A stretch of 64,000 bases of DNA from Sphingorhabdus sp. (GTDB lineage: Bacteria; Pseudomonadota; Alphaproteobacteria; Sphingomonadales; Sphingomonadaceae): NCBI RefSeq assembly GCF_041737645.1, contig NZ_JBGSRI010000036.1, forward strand, positions 7,154 through 71,153, in the 5' to 3' direction. Of the stretch, positions 28,998-39,164 are shown piece by piece. A model generated the notes under the pieces. It worked only from the letters and a program-made list of their open reading frames with translations, was not told the DNA's origin and did no database searches. Within the stretch, counting starts at the first letter, position 1. Each line of letters begins with the position of its first letter. Position numbers and translations under genes: made by a program.

Positions 28998-29762
28998 TCA
29001 GGTAACTGGTGCCACCGCTGGCGGAATAGTTCCGGGCTGATTGACAGGGACCGCCGGCTCAACCACAGGCGCAACCACAGGCTCGACCTTCGGTTCAGGC
29101 CGTTTCACGGGAGTCAAAATGTTTTGCAACACGACCACTTCCTGCTTCATCTGCGTCGCACCGAACAGTGCTTTGGCAAAGGGATGCGGCAAGCGTATGC
29201 AGCCGTGCGACGCCGGATAACCAGGCAAATGGCCACCGTGCATGGCTATTCCGTCCCAAGTCAGCCGCTGCATATAAGGCATCGGCGCATTGCTGTAGAG
29301 ATTTGATTTATGATCAACATTCTTTTGCAGGATATTGAAATAGCCGGTCGGCGTCTCTTTACCCTTTTTACCGGATGAAATCGTGCTGAAACCCAACAGC
29401 TGGTCATTCTGGAAAACATAAATCCGCTGGATATCCAGCACAATCACAATTTTCATCGGGCCTTCGTAACTGTCGCGCGGTTCCCAGACAAATTGGCCCG
29501 GTTTAAGCGCGTCGACAGGTCCTTTCTTGCGAACCGGTTTTGGAACGGGCTTTACGACAGGCGGGGTTTCAACCGGTTGGGGCGTAGCCACAGGCGGCGG
29601 CGTGACCTGCGGATTCACCTCCTGCTGCAATGGCGGCGCTAAAGGGGGCGACGACGGTTGTTGCACCGCATTACCGGCGCCTACTGCCTGTGCCAACAAT
29701 GGCGCAGCGATTACCAGCGTCAGGCTGGCTGAAAAATTGCGAACGATCGCAAGGAAATGCAT
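28998..29762 (-). CDS. L,D-transpeptidase (YkuD domain) with Pro-rich linkers
   Basis: Signal peptide MHFLAIV...LLAQA and catalytic HGGHLPGYPASHGCIRL, with Pro-rich N- and C-terminal segments. The longest ORF starts at 29903. Confidence 0.85.
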   Translation of the reverse strand: MHFLAIVRNFSASLTLVIAAPLLAQAVGAGNAVQQPSSPPLAPPLQQEVNPQVTPPPVATPQPVETPPVVKPVPKPVRKKGPVDALKPGQFVWEPRDSYEGPMKIVIVLDIQRIYVFQNDQLLGFSTISSGKKGKETPTGYFNILQKNVDHKSNLYSNAPMPYMQRLTWDGIAMHGGHLPGYPASHGCIRLPHPFAKALFGATQMKQEVVVLQNILTPVKRPEPKVEPVVAPVVEPAVPVNQPGTIPPAVAPVT

Positions 29763-29931
29763 GGAAATGCCCCGAATGAAGATTGATACGCGTTTCGCGA
29801 CCCGCTTTATAATGCCATTGTAGCAATATCTGGAGACGCTTTCGACCGGATTTTCGCATGGCGGCAAAATAATCACGCCTAACCGTCCGCAATTTGCGGC
29901 CAAATGCCAGATTTAAGGCTTTCGGCAACGC

Positions 29932-30588
29932 TTGCCAGTCACTATCTCTACTGAAATGACAAATCTCGGGCGTAGACAGTTTTTCCATTCGGCCATCATC
30001 GGTGCAGCGACCTTTGCCGTGCCCGGTTTCGCGAGCGAGATCATTTTCCGTTCCGGCACAGGAAACCCGCAAGGTGATGGTCCCTCGCCTCACTTACTCG
30101 CACGGGCCAAGTCCGCTTTGGAAACACACCGGTCCCGCATCCGTGTTACCGATCGGTTGGCGATTGCGGATTTTTCAAAGCCATCGCGTGAGCCGCGTTT
30201 TTATATTGTAGATCTTAAAAGCGGGAAGGCCACGTCGTTCCTAGTCGCCCACGGCAAAGGGTCTGACCCTTCGCATAGCGGATGGGTTCAAAGCTTTTCC
30301 AACACCCACGGATCGGAAGCAACCTCAGCGGGTGCCTATATGGTCGGCGATACCTATTTCGGCCAATATGGCGAATCCCGCCGACTGCTGGGGCTTGAAC
30401 CGCAAAATGACCAGGCAGAAGCTCGGGCGATTGTCATTCATCCGGCCTGGTACGTGAACAAGTCGCTTATTCAGGAACAAGGGAAAATCGGCAGAAGCCA
30501 AGGCTGCTTCGCCTTCGCCCAAAGCGACATCGGGCACATACTCCAACAGGTCGCGCCGGGGACGTTGTTGTTCGCGGACAAGGCGTAA
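29932..30588 (+). CDS. L,D-transpeptidase catalytic domain family protein (YkuD_2-like) with Tat-type signal
   Basis: A twin-arginine GRRQFF is followed by a hydrophobic stretch ending VPGFA. C-terminal IVIHPAWYV...GRSQGCFAF. Alternative start at 29956. Confidence 0.7.
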   Translation: MPVTISTEMTNLGRRQFFHSAIIGAATFAVPGFASEIIFRSGTGNPQGDGPSPHLLARAKSALETHRSRIRVTDRLAIADFSKPSREPRFYIVDLKSGKATSFLVAHGKGSDPSHSGWVQSFSNTHGSEATSAGAYMVGDTYFGQYGESRRLLGLEPQNDQAEARAIVIHPAWYVNKSLIQEQGKIGRSQGCFAFAQSDIGHILQQVAPGTLLFADKA

Positions 30589-30606
30589 GCTTTTTGTTTA
30601 ACCCAC

Positions 30607-30625
30607 GTTAGGGACAGTCCCTAAC
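30607..30625. repeat. palindrome GTTAGGGAC-A-GTCCCTAAC (GGGACWGTCCC family)
   Basis: Perfect 9+9 palindrome 19 nt downstream of the L,D-transpeptidase stop. It has the same core as three copies at 37414-37463. Confidence 0.7.
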
Positions 30626-30637
30626 CGGCGGCGCCAA

Positions 30638-30742
30638 TTTTTTCGTCAGAAGGAATAAGCGAAAAAGGAAGAAGAAGCTCAATTCTTGACTTTCGTTGCT
30701 GTTCCCTTTTTCCTTATTCATCTTTTTTCTTTTGACGAAAAA
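30638..30742. other. long imperfect AT-rich inverted repeat (about 105-nt stem-loop) in a 243-bp intergenic region
   Basis: TTTTTCGTCA (30639-30648) pairs perfectly with TGACGAAAAA (30733-30742). Inner matches are GAATAAG/CTTATTC and GAAAAAGG/CCTTTTTC. The right arm has a 9-nt T-rich bulge. Confidence 0.5.
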
Positions 30743-30831
30743 TCTTCACAACAGCGCCTTCCCAAGGTGGTTCTTTTGCGCGAAATTTCTGATCGATTAA
30801 AAATAGATGCGGAAACTTCGCACCCAAAACA

Positions 30832-31359
30832 TTATCCCTTAAACACGCCGCATATCATGCGTTTGCCGCTGTTTCCTGTTGGGTCGGTTTTATAATCATC
30901 CGGCTTTTCATGGATTATCAGCGCGGCGCCGTCTGCATCGAGCAAACCGCCATCGCCTTTTAACAGGATTTCGGGCATCCGAAATTCCAATATTACCTTT
31001 TTATCCACACCGGCAACTGCATTGGGAAGATCGCCGCCATGCGCGCCCATCGGGTTGTCGCGTCCATGTTGTTTTACTTCAGGGTTCCAATGCCCACCGG
31101 CACTCGCAAAATCCGGTCCTTCACATTTGCCCACGCTGTGCAGGTGCATTCCGAATGTTCCTGCCGTCGATGCCTGTGCCTTCACATTGAGGAATATTCC
31201 ATCGTTGCGTTTTGTAAGCGTAGCAACGCCAACCGATACCCCATCAGCGCCCATTAAATCCGCCGATATGGTTTCGATTACCGCATTGTTTTGGGTTGAA
31301 GCCATTGTCGAACATCCCGCTACAAGGGGAAGGATACATATCGTTAGAAATTGACGCAT
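30832..31359 (-). CDS. sodC: Cu/Zn superoxide dismutase (lipoprotein-type signal)
   Basis: Lipobox LVAGCS, metal ligand region GMHLHSVGKCE...GGHWNP...HGGDLPN, and C-terminal RMICGV. AGGA RBS. Confidence 0.9.
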   Translation of the reverse strand: MRQFLTICILPLVAGCSTMASTQNNAVIETISADLMGADGVSVGVATLTKRNDGIFLNVKAQASTAGTFGMHLHSVGKCEGPDFASAGGHWNPEVKQHGRDNPMGAHGGDLPNAVAGVDKKVILEFRMPEILLKGDGGLLDADGAALIIHEKPDDYKTDPTGNSGKRMICGVFKG

Positions 31360-31461
31360 GCTGTTTTCCTGTCTTCGGAAATGGACCTGTCGGCCATTTT
31401 GCTATTATTATCAGAAACACTAACCCGTTCAAACCGTTTAGGGTCCCGAACTCGGTCTAAT

Positions 31462-32355
31462 CTAACAATCCGCCCAATTGCCCCGCCCGACACCTTGGGC
31501 ATAGAGCAATGCGGTCAGGTCATTGTGCCGGATCGCGAAGTTGGAAGCCGTTGCCAATACCAGTCGCGGGTGAAATCCGGCCCCGATCCCTCCGCCTGCA
31601 ACAGCAGAAGCGATCATCGGCAGGTCATTCGCACCGTCGCCCACCGCAACCGCCATATCCATCGAAATGCCCTGTCTGGCCGCAGCGGATTCCAAAACCG
31701 CGCGCTTGGTCGCCGCATCGACGATTGAACCGACTAAAGCGCCGGTGAGCCTGCCGTCCATGATTTCCAGAACATTGGCATGAACTTCAGCAAAGCCCAA
31801 AATTTGTGCGACCACATCGGTAAAACTGGTAAATCCGCCCGACACCAGCACGCTGTGCGCGCCCCAATTGGCCATGGTTTGCACCAGAGTCTTGGCCCCC
31901 GGCATCGGGCGCACCCGTTCTTCTAAACAGCGGGCAATGATTTTTTCATCAAGCCCCGCCAACAAGGCGACCCGTGCTGTCAACGCCTCTGCAAAATCCA
32001 GCTCACCTGCCATAGCGCGTTCGGTAATCGCGGCGATTTCGACCTTTATACCGGCATAGTCAGCCAATTCGTCGATACATTCGACTGTAATCATCGTGCT
32101 ATCCATATCGGATACGAGCAACATCTTGCGGCGATGGAGGCTGGATTGACAAATAATGTCAAAATCCGCCTCAAGCGGGGAAAGCGCCAGACGTGCGGTT
32201 GCAATATCACCGGTAAAGCCAATGTCCAACGCTTTGCCGGTGTCGATCCATTCGATCTCGGCCGGGGTGCATCTTGCTTGCGCCAAACGGTCACAGACTT
32301 CGGAAATTACTCCGCTTTCGGTCAAATCTGCTGCTATCAACGTGGCGATGGTCAT
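31462..32355 (-). CDS. serB: phosphoserine phosphatase
   Basis: HAD motif I DMDSTMI and C-terminal GDGANDLPM. I chose the ATG at 32355 (AGGA 6 nt upstream); the longest ORF starts at 32478. Confidence 0.85.
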   Translation of the reverse strand: MTIATLIAADLTESGVISEVCDRLAQARCTPAEIEWIDTGKALDIGFTGDIATARLALSPLEADFDIICQSSLHRRKMLLVSDMDSTMITVECIDELADYAGIKVEIAAITERAMAGELDFAEALTARVALLAGLDEKIIARCLEERVRPMPGAKTLVQTMANWGAHSVLVSGGFTSFTDVVAQILGFAEVHANVLEIMDGRLTGALVGSIVDAATKRAVLESAAARQGISMDMAVAVGDGANDLPMIASAVAGGGIGAGFHPRLVLATASNFAIRHNDLTALLYAQGVGRGNWADC

Positions 32356-33280
32356 ACCGAATCCTGAAACTAAACCGAAGTTGGCGCTTATCGCGGGTCC
32401 AACCGCCAGCGGCAAGACCGCACTCGCGCTGCATCTGGCAAAAACGCGTAATATTGTGATTATCAACGCCGATAGCACGCAAGTATATTCCGATTTACCA
32501 GTCTTGAGCGCGCAACCTTCACCGCAAGAGCTGTCCAGTGCGCCCCATCGTCTATTCGGCTATCGGGATGGGCGCACGCCTTGTTCCGCCGCGGCATGGG
32601 CAGCCGATGCCAAGCTGGAAATCGCACGCGCCCATCAATCGGGTGCTTTGCCGGTGCTGGTCGGGGGCACTGGACTTTATTTGCGAACCTTGCTGGACGG
32701 CATTGCGCCGATTCCGGAAATCGATCCGGTGTTGCGTGCAGCGATCCGCGGACTCGATGTGGCCGACGCTTATGCCCAATTGCAGGAGCAAGATCCGGAA
32801 ATGGCCGCAATGCTATCACCAACCGACAGCAGCAGGATCGCCCGCGCGCTGGAGGTTGTAAGGGCAACGGGTCGCAGCATCGCCGATTGGCGGCGGGACA
32901 AAGTCGGGGGCATAAGCGAGGCCGTAGACTTGCGTCCCGTCCTATTGTTGCCACCGCGTGACTGGTTGTATGAAAGGTGTGACCAGCGCTTTGATGCCAT
33001 GATGAATTCCGGCGCGATACCGGAGGTTTCGGCTTTGCTGGCGCGGCAGATTCCGGGGGATGCGCCTGTTATGCGGGCCATCGGTGTCCGCGAAATATCG
33101 GCCTATCTTTCGGGCGGTTTAACCCGTGAAGACGCTATTGCATTGGGCAAAATAGCGACGCGGCAATATGCCAAACGGCAATATACATGGTTTAGAAACC
33201 AGTCACCGGCGGGTTGGGTAAGGTTTGAAGACATTATATGTATCGAGAACAGAGATAAAATTGAAACAATATTACAATAA
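32348..33280 (+). CDS. miaA: tRNA dimethylallyltransferase
   Basis: P-loop IAGPTASGKTALAL 14 aa after the chosen ATG at 32348, and a TRQYAKRQ.TWFR C-terminal motif. The longest ORF starts at 32156, inside serB antisense. Confidence 0.9.
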   Translation: MVIPNPETKPKLALIAGPTASGKTALALHLAKTRNIVIINADSTQVYSDLPVLSAQPSPQELSSAPHRLFGYRDGRTPCSAAAWAADAKLEIARAHQSGALPVLVGGTGLYLRTLLDGIAPIPEIDPVLRAAIRGLDVADAYAQLQEQDPEMAAMLSPTDSSRIARALEVVRATGRSIADWRRDKVGGISEAVDLRPVLLLPPRDWLYERCDQRFDAMMNSGAIPEVSALLARQIPGDAPVMRAIGVREISAYLSGGLTREDAIALGKIATRQYAKRQYTWFRNQSPAGWVRFEDIICIENRDKIETILQ

Positions 33281-33402
33281 TAATGGTTGACACAGTATAT
33301 TCTAATAACTAGTGGCACCCCTCTTGCTAAATCTATTGCAGCGCAGCATGGCAAAAACCCAAGCTAAGTTGCAATGCAAACATAATCGAACAGGACAACA
33401 AA

Positions 33403-35145
33403 GTGCCCGAAAAATCCGGTGCGGAAATATTGATCGACTGCCTCATTGAACAAGGGGTGGATACCGTGTTCGGATATCCGGGCGGGGCGGTTTTGCCGAT
33501 CTATGATGCCCTGTTTCAACAGAAAAAGATCAAGCATGTTCTTGTCCGGCATGAGGCAGGCGCCGCCCACGCGGCCGAAGGCTATGCCCGTTCCACCGGC
33601 AAACCCGGCGTTGTCTTGGTAACCTCCGGCCCTGGCGCGACCAATGCGGTAACAGGCATCGCCGACGCGTTTATGGATTCCATACCGATGATCGTGCTGA
33701 CGGGTCAGGTTTCCACCACCCTGATCGGCACTGATGCCTTTCAGGAGGCCGATACGGTCGGCATCACGCGCCATTGTTCGAAGCACAATTATCTGGTGAA
33801 AGACCCGGCGGACCTTGCCGCCACAGTCCGGGAGGCGTTTACCATTGCAACCAAGGGCCGCCCTGGTCCGGTTGTCATCGACATTCCCAAAAATGTGCAG
33901 GTCGCCACCGCGCGGACTGACATCAAAAACAATGCGCCCAATCGTTTCCATGCGGCGGGTGAAGCGGACTATGTGGCGATCAACAAGGCGGTGGATTTGC
34001 TCGCCAATGCCAAGGCCCCGATTTTCTATACCGGCGGCGGCATTATCAATTCCGGCCCGCAAGCCAGCGCCGCTTTACGTGAACTGGCCGAATTGTGCGG
34101 TGCACCCGTTACCTCCACGTTGATGGGTCTGGGCGCATATCCTGCCTCTGGCGACGCATGGCTGGGGATGCTGGGAATGCATGGCACCTATGAAGCCAAT
34201 ATGGCGATGAACCAGTGCGACGTCATGTTCTGCCTTGGCGCGCGTTTTGATGATCGGGTCACCGGTCGCCTGGATGCTTTTTCGCCGGACAGCTTCAAAG
34301 TCCATATCGATATCGACCGGAGCTCCATCAACAAGACAATCCGCGTAGATATGCCGATTATCGCCGATGTCGGCACCGCTATCCAGCAAATGATCGATGT
34401 CTGGAAAGCCCGCAAGTACAAGCCGCAGCCGCTGACCGAATGGTGGACGCGGATAAAGGGCTGGCGCGCGGTCGAATGCCTGAACTACCCCGCCAGCACA
34501 GCCGAAATCATGCCGCAGTTCGCCATCGAACGGCTGTATGCCGCAACGAAGGACAAAGCCCCGATCATCACGACCGAGGTTGGCCAGCACCAGATGTGGG
34601 CGGCGCAGCATTTCCACTTTGATGCCCCCAATAAATGGCTGACCAGCGGTGGCCTTGGCACGATGGGCTATGGCCTGCCCGCCGCCATCGGCGCGCAAAT
34701 GGGCCATCCCGATGCGCTCGTCATCGACATTGCCGGTGAAGCATCGATCCAGATGAATATCCAGGAAATGGGCACCGCCACCCAATATCGCCTGCCGGTC
34801 AAGGTCTTCATCCTCAACAATGAATGGATGGGCATGGTCCGCCAATGGCAGGAACTGACCTATGAAAGCCGCTATTCCGAAAGCTATTCGGACAGCCTGC
34901 CCGACTTTGTCGCGCTTGCCGAAGCTTATGGCTGGAAAGGCATACGCTGTGAAAAGCCGGAAGAACTGGACGCCGCCATCGCCGAAATGCTTGCTTATGA
35001 TGGCCCTGTGATGTTCGATTGCCGCGTGTCGAAAACAGCGAATTGCTTCCCGATGATCCCGTCGGGCGCAGCGCATACCGAAATGATCCTGAATTCCGAT
35101 GAAGTTTCGGGCACGATGGACGACGAAGCGAAGGCGCTGGTATAA
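33403..35145 (+). CDS. ilvB: acetolactate synthase large subunit (biosynthetic)
   Basis: ThDP enzyme motifs (GYPGGAVLPIYDAL, GLGTMGYGLPAAIGAQ, NNEWMGMVRQWQ). GTG start. Followed by the small subunit gene. Confidence 0.95.
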   Translation: MPEKSGAEILIDCLIEQGVDTVFGYPGGAVLPIYDALFQQKKIKHVLVRHEAGAAHAAEGYARSTGKPGVVLVTSGPGATNAVTGIADAFMDSIPMIVLTGQVSTTLIGTDAFQEADTVGITRHCSKHNYLVKDPADLAATVREAFTIATKGRPGPVVIDIPKNVQVATARTDIKNNAPNRFHAAGEADYVAINKAVDLLANAKAPIFYTGGGIINSGPQASAALRELAELCGAPVTSTLMGLGAYPASGDAWLGMLGMHGTYEANMAMNQCDVMFCLGARFDDRVTGRLDAFSPDSFKVHIDIDRSSINKTIRVDMPIIADVGTAIQQMIDVWKARKYKPQPLTEWWTRIKGWRAVECLNYPASTAEIMPQFAIERLYAATKDKAPIITTEVGQHQMWAAQHFHFDAPNKWLTSGGLGTMGYGLPAAIGAQMGHPDALVIDIAGEASIQMNIQEMGTATQYRLPVKVFILNNEWMGMVRQWQELTYESRYSESYSDSLPDFVALAEAYGWKGIRCEKPEELDAAIAEMLAYDGPVMFDCRVSKTANCFPMIPSGAAHTEMILNSDEVSGTMDDEAKALV

Positions 35146-35660
35146 TGCATATCAAGGAAGAAATCTCCGAACGGCACGTCCTTACGCTGACCGTCGATAA
35201 CGAAGCCGGAACATTGGCCCGGATCGCAGGGATGTTCACATCGCGCGGATATAATATCGACAGTTTGACCGTGGCCGACATTAGCGAAGACCATACGACA
35301 AGCCGGATAACCATCGTCACCAAAGGGCCGCCGCCCGTCATCGACCAGATTATCGCGCAATGTGAGCGTCTGGTACCCGTGCACAAGGTTACCGACCTGA
35401 CCGAGGCCGGCCCCCATGTCGAACGCGAACTGGCGCTGGTGAAAGTAAATGGATCGGGCGACCAGCGGGTGGAAGCCATGCGACTGGCCGACATTTACCG
35501 CGCCCGCGTCATTGACGCGACGGTCAGCAGTTTTATTTTTGAAATCACCGGCGGACCGGCCAAGATCGACACCTTCGTCACATTGATGCGCGAAGTCGGC
35601 CTGGTCGAGGTTGGCCGCACCGGAATTGTTGGCCTGATGCGGGGCAGCGAAGCGAGTTAA
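35145..35660 (+). CDS. ilvN: acetolactate synthase small (regulatory) subunit
   Basis: ACT domain HVLTLTVDNEAGTLARIAGMFTSRGYNIDSLTV. TAATG overlap with the large subunit gene. Confidence 0.9.
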   Translation: MHIKEEISERHVLTLTVDNEAGTLARIAGMFTSRGYNIDSLTVADISEDHTTSRITIVTKGPPPVIDQIIAQCERLVPVHKVTDLTEAGPHVERELALVKVNGSGDQRVEAMRLADIYRARVIDATVSSFIFEITGGPAKIDTFVTLMREVGLVEVGRTGIVGLMRGSEAS

Positions 35661-35666
35661 ATATAA

Positions 35667-36701
<1,035 letters not shown>

Positions 36702-36726
36702 ACTCTATCGAAGCTTGACTATTCAA

Positions 36727-36767
36727 GGGGAGGCATCAAAATGGTGCCTCCCCTTTTTATTTTTTTG
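36727..36767 (+). terminator. Rho-independent terminator after ilvC
   Basis: GGGGAGGCA (36727-36735), a 9-nt loop, then TGCCTCCCC (36745-36753), followed by TTTTTATTTTTTT. Confidence 0.85.
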
Positions 36768-36778
36768 GAGCATCCCCC

Positions 36779-37408
36779 ATGCGTAAACTTCTTCTCGCTT
36801 TGCCCCTCTTGGCCGCTGTTCCCCTGATGGCACAGAGCGCGCCCCAAATGCCCGGCATCGCCGATGTTAGCCGCGTATCTGCCGGCACATACAAGACCGA
36901 CCCCGGCCACACGCTGATCGGATGGCGGGTCAGCCATTTCGGCTTCAACGATTATTTCGGCATTTTTGGCGATGCCACCGGTACATTGGATATCGATCCT
37001 GCAAACCCGAATGCGGCCAAAGTCGACATCACTATTCCGGTCGGCAAGTTGACGACCGCCAGCGCTGGTTTGACCGGCCATATGCTGCGGGCGGGCAAAG
37101 ATGGCGGCAAAGCCGACTTTTTCGGACCCACCCCTGCGGATGCCAAATTTGTTTCGACCAAAGTTGAAGCCAGCGGCATGACGGCAAAGATCACCGGCGA
37201 TCTTACGCTGAACGGCGTGACAAAGCCGGTTGTGTTGGACGCGAAGTTTTCAGGTGCGGGAAATAATCCGTTCAACAAGAAAGCCACCGTTGGCTTCCAC
37301 GCCACGACGACGATCAAGCGGAGCGAATTTGGCGTATCTTACGGCGTTCCGGTAATTTCCGACGACGTCGCGCTGGATATATCAGTCGCGTTCGAAAAGG
37401 CGTCCTGA
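36779..37408 (+). CDS. YceI family periplasmic protein
   Basis: Signal peptide MRKLLLALPLLAAVPLMAQ and YceI-like motifs (Y..DP.HT...W.V.H.GF; L.GDLTLNGVTKPV). Confidence 0.85.
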   Translation: MRKLLLALPLLAAVPLMAQSAPQMPGIADVSRVSAGTYKTDPGHTLIGWRVSHFGFNDYFGIFGDATGTLDIDPANPNAAKVDITIPVGKLTTASAGLTGHMLRAGKDGGKADFFGPTPADAKFVSTKVEASGMTAKITGDLTLNGVTKPVVLDAKFSGAGNNPFNKKATVGFHATTTIKRSEFGVSYGVPVISDDVALDISVAFEKAS

Positions 37409-37413
37409 TCGAT

Positions 37414-37463
37414 GTAGAGGACAGTCCCCAAGGGGACTGTCCCTTTAGGGACTGTTCCCCTAC
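37414..37463. repeat. nested GGGACWGTCCC palindromes (three copies); the inner pair forms a terminator-like hairpin after the yceI-like gene
   Basis: GGACAGTCCCC (37419-37429), aa, then GGGGACTGTCC (37432-37442) form an 11-bp stem followed by TTT. A third copy, AGGGACTGTTCCCCT, lies at 37447-37461. The outer GTAG/CTAC also pair. Confidence 0.7.
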
Positions 37464-37530
37464 ACCCCTGAAACGAGTTTAGGGTGACGGTGAGGGGTAA
37501 TCATATAAGCAGTGTTTTCAACGCAAAACC

Positions 37531-38502
37531 TTACCCGCGATACACCTTGTCCAGATTGGCTTTTGCCGCGCGATATTCGCTTTCCAGCTGGTCGACAAAT
37601 TCGGCCACGGTCTTTACCGCCTTGACCGCGCCAATACCTTGGCCGGAACCCCATATGTCCTTCCATGCCTTGGCTTCGCTATTGCCGCCGGAACCGAAGT
37701 TCATGGTTGAAATATCGCCTTTGGGCAGGTTTTTGGGGTCCATTCCGGCGCGCTCGATTGACTGGCGCAGATAGTTGCCGCTGACGCCGGTGAACAGGTC
37801 GGAATAGACAATGTCGTCGGCCTTCGCCTCGACGATATTATCCTTATATCCGTCAACCGCATTGGCTTCCTTTGTCGCGATAAAGGCGCTGCCGATATAG
37901 GCAAGGTCAGCCCCCATTGCCTGCGCCGCCAAAACCGATGCACCATGTGCGATCGACCCCGACAAAGCCACCGGCCCGTCAAACCATTCGCGGATTTCGC
38001 GCATCAACGCAAAGGGCGAAGTTACACCGGCATGGCCCCCGGCACCTGCCGCCACCGGAATCAGGCCATCGGCACCCTTTTCAATCGCCTTGTGCGCGAA
38101 ACGGTCGTTGATGACATCATGCAACACGATCCCGCCCCAGCTATGAACCGCTTTATTCAACTCTTCCTGCGCGCCCAAAGACGTAATTGTCACCGGCACC
38201 TGCCATTTGCCGCACATTGCGATGTCTTCTTGCAAGCGATTGTTAGATTTGTGCACGATCTGGTTGACGGCATATGGCGCGGCCGGACGGTCGGGATTGT
38301 CGCGGTTATGCGCGGCCAGTTCCTCGGTAATCTGGTGCAGCCATTCGTCAAGCTGGCTTGCCGGACGGGCATTCAGCGCGGGAAATGATCCGACGACGCC
38401 TGCCTTGCACTGCGCGATCACCAATTCGGGACCCGAAACGATGAACAATGGGGAACCGATAATCGGCAGACGGAGTTTGTCAAAAATTGCCGGAAGAGCC
38501 AT
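37531..38502 (-). CDS. nitronate monooxygenase / NAD(P)H-dependent flavin oxidoreductase family protein
   Basis: 323 aa TIM-barrel FMN enzyme pattern (PIIGSPLF, GADGLIPVAAGAGGHAG, GADLAYIGSAF). Confidence 0.8.
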   Translation of the reverse strand: MALPAIFDKLRLPIIGSPLFIVSGPELVIAQCKAGVVGSFPALNARPASQLDEWLHQITEELAAHNRDNPDRPAAPYAVNQIVHKSNNRLQEDIAMCGKWQVPVTITSLGAQEELNKAVHSWGGIVLHDVINDRFAHKAIEKGADGLIPVAAGAGGHAGVTSPFALMREIREWFDGPVALSGSIAHGASVLAAQAMGADLAYIGSAFIATKEANAVDGYKDNIVEAKADDIVYSDLFTGVSGNYLRQSIERAGMDPKNLPKGDISTMNFGSGGNSEAKAWKDIWGSGQGIGAVKAVKTVAEFVDQLESEYRAAKANLDKVYRG

Positions 38503-38687
38503 AGGTCGAATCCTCTCTTAATTGCGTGTTTAATTGCCGGTTAGCCACAGCAAACCGCCGCTGTCAAATGACGCTTTGGTGGTCCGCCGTGCCGTAACGG
38601 CAAAGAACAGGTGTGACGTTATGCCCCGTCGCAATTGGCGTGACAGGCCCCCTCGACTTCATGCCCCGCCCGATGCAATAAGCAGAT

Positions 38688-39164
38688 ATGACAAAACTGA
38701 CCCATCTGGATGACACAGGCGCTGCACATATGGTCGATGTGTCGGCCAAGGCCGATACCGTTCGCGAGGCCGTTGCCGAAGGCCGCATTTCAATGTCACG
38801 CGACGCGCTGGATGCAATACGCGAAGGCACCGCCAAAAAGGGCGATGTATTGGCCACCGCGCGCATAGCCGGCATAATGGCGGCGAAGAAAACGCCCGAG
38901 CTCATTCCATTGTGCCATCCGTTAATGCTGTCGAAAGTGGCCATCGATTTTGTATTTGAAGAAAGCGGCATCCGCGTTACGGCTCTGGTCCGGCTGACAG
39001 GTCAGACCGGCGCTGAAATGGAGGCGATGACCGCCGTTTCGGTAACGCTGCTCACCATATATGACATGGCCAAGGCGATCGATAAGGGCATGGTTATGTC
39101 GGGGATACAGCTTGTGTCGAAGACGGGTGGAAAATCCGGCGAATGGAGCCGGGCCGGATGCTAA
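38688..39164 (+). CDS. moaC: cyclic pyranopterin monophosphate synthase
   Basis: LTHLD..G...MVDVS.K, IPLCHPL and GVEMEA-like [10 protein letters not shown] motifs. Confidence 0.9.
   Translation: MTKLTHLDDTGAAHMVDVSAKADTVREAVAEGRISMSRDALDAIREGTAKKGDVLATARIAGIMAAKKTPELIPLCHPLMLSKVAIDFVFEESGIRVTALVRLTGQTGAEMEAMTAVSVTLLTIYDMAKAIDKGMVMSGIQLVSKTGGKSGEWSRAGC

Noticed and set aside
30686-30895. 69-aa plus-strand ORF in the ldt/sodC intergenic region.
   Set aside because: It overlaps the 3' end of sodC, has no RBS, and its translation comes from the T-rich arm of the inverted repeat. It is most likely non-coding.
33281-33402. Possible ilv leader peptide or attenuator, or a sigma-70 promoter (TTGACA at 33289-33294), upstream of ilvB.
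   Set aside because: The small ORFs here (MVDTVYSNN; MAKTQAKLQCKHN...) are not enriched in Val, Leu or Ile. No terminator/antiterminator pair is visible. No properly spaced -10 hexamer follows the TTGACA.
38503-38687. Possible Moco riboswitch upstream of moaC.
   Set aside because: I could not find the conserved Moco-motif elements as I remember them. Only one short hairpin (TGCCG-taa-CGGCA) is present, and the region is also the divergent promoter for the monooxygenase gene. A covariance-model search would settle it.
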